This document shows, one piece after another, positions 57,948 to 64,000 of a stretch of 64,000 bases of DNA; position 1 is the stretch's first letter; each line of letters begins with the position of its first letter. The stretch is taken from NCBI GenBank assembly GCA_965208835.1, contig OZ242358.1:1088001-1152000 (forward strand), in the 5' to 3' direction. Made by a program: the position numbers and the translations under genes. Source of the stretch: Candidatus Latescibacterota bacterium (GTDB lineage: Bacteria; Latescibacterota; UBA2968; GCA-2709665). The notes beneath the pieces were generated by a model, which saw only the letters and a list, made by a program, of their open reading frames with translations, did not search any database and was not told the DNA's origin.

Positions 57948-58862
57948 TCAATTTTTCAAACGCATTGCCCGATCCTTAAGCGCCCGCGCCTTTTCGATAA
58001 TCTGCGGCAGGCCATCTTCCTGGAGTTTCTCGATGTCCTCCTTGTACTTCAGCACGCAGCCGAGTGTGGCGTTAACGGTATCGGAATCGAGTTCGTCGAT
58101 TTCCATCTGCATCAGCGCAAGCGCCCAATCGATGGTCTCCGCAATGCCCGGCCGCTTGTAGAAATCGCGTGTGCGCATCAGTTGCATGAACCCGCAGACC
58201 TGCTGCGCCAGCCCCGTCTGAATGCGGGGAACCCGCGAGGCGACGATTTCCATCTCTTTCTTGAACGTGGGATAGTCGATCCACAGGTAGAGGCAGCGCC
58301 GTTTGAGCGCATCGTGCAACTCGCGCGTACGGTTGGAGGTGAGCACGACGAACGGCACTTTCTGGGCGGTGATCGTGCCGATTTCGGGAATGGTAATCTG
58401 GAAATCCGACAATACTTCCAGCAGAAAGGCTTCGAACTCTTCGTCGGACCGGTCCACCTCGTCGATCAACAGTACCGGCGGGTTGCTTCCGCTGCCCTGG
58501 ATGGCCCGGAGAAGCGGCCGTTTCAAAAGAAAATCCTCGCTGAAGATGCTGCGGCCGATCTCCTGCTTTTCTATGCCCCGGGCCTCTTCCAGGCGCATCT
58601 CCAGCATCTGCCTCGGGTAATTCCATTCGTACAGGGCCGTATTAGCGTCCAGCCCTTCGTAACACTGCAACCGGATCAGATCCGTTTCCAGGATCTGCGC
58701 CATGACCTTGGCGACTTCTGTCTTGCCTACGCCCGGCTCACCCTCCAGAAATATCGGTTTTCCCAGCGCCACGGCCAGATAGACCGTTGTGGCCAGCGTC
58801 CGATCCGCGATATATCCCTCCCCACCAAACCGCGCCTCGACTTCCTCTATTGACTTTAACAT
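57948..58862 (-). CDS. MoxR/CoxD AAA+ ATPase
   Basis: GEPGVGKT, LIDEVDR, LHDALKRRC. Confidence 0.92.
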   Translation of the reverse strand: MLKSIEEVEARFGGEGYIADRTLATTVYLAVALGKPIFLEGEPGVGKTEVAKVMAQILETDLIRLQCYEGLDANTALYEWNYPRQMLEMRLEEARGIEKQEIGRSIFSEDFLLKRPLLRAIQGSGSNPPVLLIDEVDRSDEEFEAFLLEVLSDFQITIPEIGTITAQKVPFVVLTSNRTRELHDALKRRCLYLWIDYPTFKKEMEIVASRVPRIQTGLAQQVCGFMQLMRTRDFYKRPGIAETIDWALALMQMEIDELDSDTVNATLGCVLKYKEDIEKLQEDGLPQIIEKARALKDRAMRLKN

Positions 58863-58910
58863 CCGACCCGTATCTCCCCTTTCACAGAAGCTGCCCAAGG
58901 GCCGACCATT

Positions 58911-59444
58911 TTAACGGTCGCTATCCGCGTATCGCGCCAGCCATGCGCGAAGCGCCTCGACCGTGCTACGAAATGCAAGTTCGGACCAGGGAATCCGCCC
59001 CGGAGGGTACGTCCGCACCTCCAGCGTCTCGTAATTCCCCTTCAGTTCGCCTCCGACCACGACGCCCGTGTACACGACCAGGACCGCAGTCACGTTCGGG
59101 TAGGAATAGACGCCGAGCAGGTCTTCGATTTCGACTTCCAGCCCCACCTCTTCCATTGCTTCCCGGGCCGCCGCGGCTTCCACCTGTTCGCCCCGATCGA
59201 CGTATCCGCCGGGAAAGACCCACTTTCCAATCCCGGGTTCGATGCCCCGCTTCAGGAGCACGACCTCATCTTCCAGCGTCACAATCACGCCGGCCGCCAC
59301 TTTGGGGTCCAGGTAAACCACGAACCCACAGGCCGGACAGACGGGGCGGCTATGGCCTTCGACCGGTTTCAGCACCAGCGCCGCGCTGCATCGTTCGCAG
59401 AAGCGGACGCCGCCCGGGTGATGCGCGTTGTGATCGCTCGCCAC
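58911..59444 (-). CDS. NUDIX hydrolase with Zn ribbon
   Basis: CERC..CPAC; GGYVDRGEQVEAAAAREAMEEVGL. Confidence 0.9.
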   Translation of the reverse strand: MASDHNAHHPGGVRFCERCSAALVLKPVEGHSRPVCPACGFVVYLDPKVAAGVIVTLEDEVVLLKRGIEPGIGKWVFPGGYVDRGEQVEAAAAREAMEEVGLEVEIEDLLGVYSYPNVTAVLVVYTGVVVGGELKGNYETLEVRTYPPGRIPWSELAFRSTVEALRAWLARYADSDR

Positions 59445-59655
59445 AGAGAAGAAACCCTCCGGGAGAATGGGCCCGATCGTCTAAATATACGGGATTGGAA
59501 CCGCTTCACAAGCCTTTTTCACTTCCTGGAGGGCGTAAAAAAAACCGCAGCCTTTACCAGGCATGCGGTTCCGAACTCGGACCTGCTCGGACAAGGATCG
59601 CCGCCGTCATGGAGATGCCGATCCTCCCGCCGCGCGGGCCCACTCTCATGATCCG

Positions 59656-60336
59656 TTATTCCTCTTCGCCGATATTCTCCTTCTGGTGCCGCACAATCCG
59701 CCCCTGCACCAGATAGACCGCGTTTTCGGCGATATTGGACGCGTGGTCGCCCATTCGCTCCAGGTGCCGGGAAACCAGAATCAGATGAATCGCACGATCG
59801 ATGGCGTCCGTTTCCGCGCGATAATGGAGATACGTGAGCAACTCCCTGAAAATCTGGTCCCGCAAGCCGTCCACCACGTCGTCTCGCCGGCGCACGTCGT
59901 TCGCCAGGTCCACGTTTCGGTTTACAAACGCGTCGAGCGCATCCTTGACCATGCCCCGGACGAGTTCCGCCATCCTGGGTATATCGATAAGCGGTTTCAG
60001 CGGGGAGGTTCGGTTGAGTACAAAGGCGCGTTGCGCGATATTCACCGACTGATCGTTGATCCTCTCGAGGTCGTAGTTGATCTTCATGACAGTCGCGATC
60101 AAGCGCAGATCCCCGGCCACGGGCTGGGTCACCGCCAGCAGCTTCAGTAAATCCTCCTCAATTGTCACTTCCCATTCATCGATTGTCTTCCCGCCGGAAA
60201 TCACGGCGCCCGCCAGATCATTGTCTCTATCCACCAGACTCTTGACGGCGTGTGCAATGGACTCTTCGACGGCCCCGCCCATCTTCAGCAGCTCGCTCTT
60301 CAGATGCTCCAGCCTCTGATCAAGTGTCCGTTCCAT
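59656..60336 (-). CDS. phoU: Phosphate signalling protein PhoU
   Basis: QPVAGDLR, DLERINDQ, LERMGDHASNIAE. Confidence 0.95.
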   Translation of the reverse strand: MERTLDQRLEHLKSELLKMGGAVEESIAHAVKSLVDRDNDLAGAVISGGKTIDEWEVTIEEDLLKLLAVTQPVAGDLRLIATVMKINYDLERINDQSVNIAQRAFVLNRTSPLKPLIDIPRMAELVRGMVKDALDAFVNRNVDLANDVRRRDDVVDGLRDQIFRELLTYLHYRAETDAIDRAIHLILVSRHLERMGDHASNIAENAVYLVQGRIVRHQKENIGEEE

Positions 60337-60387
60337 AAGGCATCCTATCTGATGATTTCCCCTCGAAATTTCCGTACGGTGTTTCCA

Positions 60388-61182
60388 CTAACCGAACCTG
60401 CCCGTCACATAATCCTCGGTCTGCTTCAGCCTGGGATTCGTGAACATCTCTTCGGTCCGCGAGTGTTCCACGAGCGTTCCCAGGTAGAAGAAAGCCGTCC
60501 AGTCCGAAATACGGGAAGCCTGCTGGAGGTTGTGGGTTACAATCGCAATGGTATACTGTTTCTTCAGCTCTTCGATCGTCTCCTCAATTCGTCCGGTCGC
60601 GATGGGGTCGAGCGCCGAACAGGGTTCATCCATCAGTATCACGGAAGGCTCCACGGCGATCGCCCGCGCGATGCAAAGCCGCTGCTGCTGCCCTCCGGAG
60701 AGTCCGAGCGCCGACTCTTCGAGGCGATCCTTGACCTCGTCCCAGAGCGCCGCCGCTCGGAGGCTTCGCTCTGCCACCTCGTCCAGAACGGGCCGCCGAT
60801 TCTCTCCCGCGATTCGCAATCCGTACACCACGTTTTCGTAGATCGACTTGGGGAAGGGATTCGACTTCTGAAACACCATCCCCACCAGCCGTCGAAGTGA
60901 AATCACATCGAAGCCGTGGGCGTAAATGTCCTCACCTTCGATCCGAACCGCGCCTTCAATCCTCACTGTTTCGATCAGGTCGTTTAACCGGTTCATACAT
61001 CGCAGCAGCGTCGACTTACCGCAACCCGACGGCCCGATAAACGCGGTGACGTTATGTCGAGGCACCGTCAGGCTGACATCGTGCAATGCCTGGGCTTCAC
61101 TGTAGTACAGGCTCAGAGACTCGACTTCGACAACCGGATTCTCAATTTCCGAGTTATCCCGCGCCGTTGTTTCCGCGTCCAT
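60388..61182 (-). CDS. pstB: Phosphate ABC transporter ATPase
   Basis: [32 protein letters not shown]. Confidence 0.96.
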   Translation of the reverse strand: MDAETTARDNSEIENPVVEVESLSLYYSEAQALHDVSLTVPRHNVTAFIGPSGCGKSTLLRCMNRLNDLIETVRIEGAVRIEGEDIYAHGFDVISLRRLVGMVFQKSNPFPKSIYENVVYGLRIAGENRRPVLDEVAERSLRAAALWDEVKDRLEESALGLSGGQQQRLCIARAIAVEPSVILMDEPCSALDPIATGRIEETIEELKKQYTIAIVTHNLQQASRISDWTAFFYLGTLVEHSRTEEMFTNPRLKQTEDYVTGRFG

Positions 61183-61264
61183 CCTTGTTGACTCCTGGTT
61201 GAATGATCCTCTCGAAAACCGTCCGGATGATGCATCTCGATGGTTCGTTCGAGAGGGAAAGTCG

Positions 61265-62872
61265 TTACAGACCGATCTTCTGGTATCGTTTGCGCAAACG
61301 GGACCGGACCTGGATCGCGGTCAGGTTCAGTGCGAGTACGATGAACATCAGAAGCAGGGTTGTGGTATAGACCATCGGACGGGCCGCCTCCACGTTGGGC
61401 GACTGGAAGCCGACGTCAAAGATGTGGAAACCCAGGTGCATGAACTTACGCTCCAGGTGGAAAAAAGGCCAGGCGCCATCCACGGGCAGCGTAGGCGCAA
61501 GCTTGACCACGCCCGTAATCATCAACGGCGCCACTTCCCCCGCGCCCCTGGCCACCACGAGAACGATACCCGTCAAAATGCCCGGCAGCGCCGCGGGAAG
61601 GACCACCCGCCAGATGGTCTGAAACTGGGTGGCGCCCAGCGCAAGCGAGCCCTCCCGTACATCTCCGGGAACGGACGCCAGGGCCTCCTCCGAAGCCACA
61701 ATCATTACCGGTACGGTCAGAAGAGCCAGGGTCAGCGACGCCCAGAGGATCCCGCCGGTGCCGAACGTGGGGGCGGGCAACGCCTCCGGAAAGAAAAGCC
61801 GGTCCAGGTTGCCGCCGACTCCGTATACGAAGAATCCCAGACCGAACATTCCGAAGACAATCGAAGGCACTCCCGCGAGGTTGTTCACTGCGATCCGGAT
61901 CGCCCGAACAAGCGGACCCTGGCGGGCATATTCCCGCAGGTAAAGTGCCGCCATCACCCCGAACGGCACGGCCGCCAAACTCATCAGAATGACCATCATT
62001 ACGGTACCGAAGATCGCGGGGAACACGCCGCCTTCGGTGTTGGATTCGCGAGGTTCGGCAGACAGGAATTCCCAGACCCGATCCAGGTACACACCCGTCT
62101 TGCCCAAGGCGCTCAGACTGTTCGGCCGATACGCGCGTACGACGTCCGCAACCGCCACCCGTCGTATCTCCCCGCCCGCCAGCCGGACATCCAGCTGCGG
62201 GACTTCGCTTTCGGTCCTCAGTCGGTTCAGCTCGGCTGCGAGAGATTCGTACCGCTTCCAGTATTTGCGGTTTTTCGCGTCGAGTTGAGATACCTGTTCC
62301 TGCCGCGTGTCCGGAGCCAGTTCAAGCCTTTTCTTTTCAAGGCGAAGCCGCTCGATACGCCGGCTGAGTTCCGATATGGCGTTGTGCTCGATGTCGCGGA
62401 CCTGATCCAGAAGGGCGTTCGTTTGCAGCAACTGCTTCTGAAACGCCGCCCAGCCGGCCGAACCGCCTCCGGCCACCTTGTCTTCGCCCTCGTACACGCT
62501 GTCAAGAAAGCCGAACAGTTGTCCCCATTCCCGCCGCTCGAATATTACCGCGTCAACAGGCAGTGTTCGTTCCAGTATCCGTGACTCGTCGACCCACCTG
62601 AAGTCAACGCCGTACGCGTCCCGGTTCGCCACCTTCAATTGGACCCGGTATTCCCCGTCGCGGTCGGGGATCTCCTGCCGGTCCCAGATCTGCCCCATCA
62701 CGAGGGCGCCGCCGTTGAGACGAAGCGCCGTCAGTTCGGAAGGCCAGAAATAACCCAGTCCGTTATATACGACCAGGCCGATCAATCCCACGATCATCAG
62801 GACGCAGAAGGCGAGCGCGCCGCCCGTCAGCCAGATATACGCCTGCCCTGACTTCCAGAAACCGTTCATCAA
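61265..62872 (-). CDS. pstA: Phosphate ABC transporter permease PstA (extended form)
   Basis: [39 protein letters not shown]; start uncertain (up to 62899). Confidence 0.93.
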   Translation of the reverse strand: MMNGFWKSGQAYIWLTGGALAFCVLMIVGLIGLVVYNGLGYFWPSELTALRLNGGALVMGQIWDRQEIPDRDGEYRVQLKVANRDAYGVDFRWVDESRILERTLPVDAVIFERREWGQLFGFLDSVYEGEDKVAGGGSAGWAAFQKQLLQTNALLDQVRDIEHNAISELSRRIERLRLEKKRLELAPDTRQEQVSQLDAKNRKYWKRYESLAAELNRLRTESEVPQLDVRLAGGEIRRVAVADVVRAYRPNSLSALGKTGVYLDRVWEFLSAEPRESNTEGGVFPAIFGTVMMVILMSLAAVPFGVMAALYLREYARQGPLVRAIRIAVNNLAGVPSIVFGMFGLGFFVYGVGGNLDRLFFPEALPAPTFGTGGILWASLTLALLTVPVMIVASEEALASVPGDVREGSLALGATQFQTIWRVVLPAALPGILTGIVLVVARGAGEVAPLMITGVVKLAPTLPVDGAWPFFHLERKFMHLGFHIFDVGFQSPNVEAARPMVYTTTLLLMFIVLALNLTAIQVRSRLRKRYQKIGL

Positions 62873-62913
62873 TTCACTCCAGACCCGCTTTGCGGGCAAT
62901 CCGGGCGCGGAAC

Positions 62914-64000
62914 CTATATCCTGCTGTACCGTTCGCGGAGCCGTTGCCGCACGATTTCCGCTAGGGTGTTGACGACGAACGTCACTGCCGCAAGCAGTAC
63001 GCCGGTCAGAAAGAGTATACGGTAGAGGGTGCCCTCATGCGGCGCCTCGGGAATTTCCACGGCAATGTTGGCCGACATGGTGCGCATCCCGTTGAAGATG
63101 CTCCAGTCCATAATGGGGGTATTTCCGGTGGCCATGAGGACAATCATCGTTTCGCCGACCGCCCGTCCGAAGCCAATCATCGTGGCGGAAAAAATGCCCG
63201 GGCTGGCCGTGGGGAGTACCACGCGAACGGCCGTCTGCCACGGCGTTGCGCCCAGTGCCAGGGATCCGGCCCTCAGGTGCGAAGGTACGCTTGTCAGCGC
63301 GTCTTCACAGATTGTATAGATGATGGGGATCACGGCAAAACCCATCGCGAAACCTACAACCAGGCAGTTCCGCTGGTCATAGCGGGTATCTGCGGAATCC
63401 GCCAGCCAGCGCTGGAAATCGCCTCCCCAGAGCGCGCCCTCCATCCAGGGCCCGAGCACCAGAGCCAGCCAGATACCCAGGAGAGACACCAACACGTAGA
63501 ACACCTCAGGTCCCGGCAGCCGGTTCTTCAGCTGGCCGGGCAGCCTGGACCAGATCCAGGAAGCGGAGATTATCGTCAGCGCCACAGTCGGCAACAGCAA
63601 CAGGACCCCCACTACCTGGCGATCCAGCAATGGCGCCAGCCAGAGACCACCCAGAAACCCGAGAATCACGCTTGGCAGCGACGCCATTAACTCCACCGTG
63701 GGTTTGACCACGTTTCGCACTCGCGGATGGGCGAACTCGGACGTATAGATGGCGGCGAGTACCGCCAGTGGCAGTGCGAAAAACATCGCGTAAAATGTCC
63801 CCTTCGCCGTGCCGTACGCCAGAGGGATTATACTCAATTTGGGCTCGAACTCGTCGGTACCTCCGGTGGACTGCCAGACAAACTCGGGTTCGGTATATCC
63901 CTCGTACCAGACCTTGCCGAACAACGTCTTGAACGTTACTTCGGGATGCGGATTGGACAACCGATAGTGGTTCAACCGTCCGTCGCCGTCCAGGCACAGG
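62914..64000 (-). CDS. pstC: Phosphate ABC transporter permease PstC (5' end off window)
   Basis: ELMASLPSVILG, GRAVGETMIVLM, TMSANIAVEIPEA. Confidence 0.92.
   Translation of the reverse strand, partial: LCLDGDGRLNHYRLSNPHPEVTFKTLFGKVWYEGYTEPEFVWQSTGGTDEFEPKLSIIPLAYGTAKGTFYAMFFALPLAVLAAIYTSEFAHPRVRNVVKPTVELMASLPSVILGFLGGLWLAPLLDRQVVGVLLLLPTVALTIISASWIWSRLPGQLKNRLPGPEVFYVLVSLLGIWLALVLGPWMEGALWGGDFQRWLADSADTRYDQRNCLVVGFAMGFAVIPIIYTICEDALTSVPSHLRAGSLALGATPWQTAVRVVLPTASPGIFSATMIGFGRAVGETMIVLMATGNTPIMDWSIFNGMRTMSANIAVEIPEAPHEGTLYRILFLTGVLLAAVTFVVNTLAEIVRQRLRERYSRI

Noticed and set aside
55559-58862. xdhC/coxE/coxD-like cluster without a molybdo-hydroxylase as a novel system
   Set aside because: These accessory genes are commonly separate from the structural genes
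45709-63997. Many overlapping alternative-frame ORFs in the GC-rich core
   Set aside because: Shadows of well-supported genes, expected at high GC
1-64000. CRISPR array or integron cassette array
   Set aside because: No regularly spaced direct repeats, cas genes, attC-like series or tyrosine integrase seen; the hairpins in the cargo differ in sequence

Overview
High-GC bacterial chromosome segment. Core genes lie at both ends: on the left a secreted Zn-metalloprotease, a RelE/XRE TA pair and a ceramidase-like protein; on the right a TonB-dependent receptor, ferredoxin, radical SAM enzyme, PhyH dioxygenases, pspA, xdhC/coxE/coxD-like genes, a NUDIX hydrolase and phoU-pstBAC. Between them is a ~40 kb defence island (~5.2-45.6 kb) carrying DUF5131+TcmP, an uncharacterised two-gene pair, an AlbA_2 protein, a Lit-like protease, a REase-NACHT protein, a type I R-M system, duplicated higBA, an MNT and an AAA ATPase. 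Four island genes (tcmP, AlbA_2, NACHT, hsdS) are each cleanly split by an insertion with a readable target-site duplication, and each rejoins in frame when the insert is removed. One insertion is three-tier: IS1595 inside an IS3-like element inside another IS3-like element. The most unusual content is two AT-rich IS1595-family cargo transposons (2.9 kb and 8.5 kb). Both carry a UDG-superfamily gene, share an identical 32-bp promoter module, and are packed with structured-RNA candidates: a terminator/antiterminator leader, a C4-antisense-like leader, a tRNA-Leu-like cloverleaf, a promoter-terminator sRNA, and a 20-bp stem enclosing a basic micropeptide ORF. All family calls are from motif recognition by eye; no searches were run.
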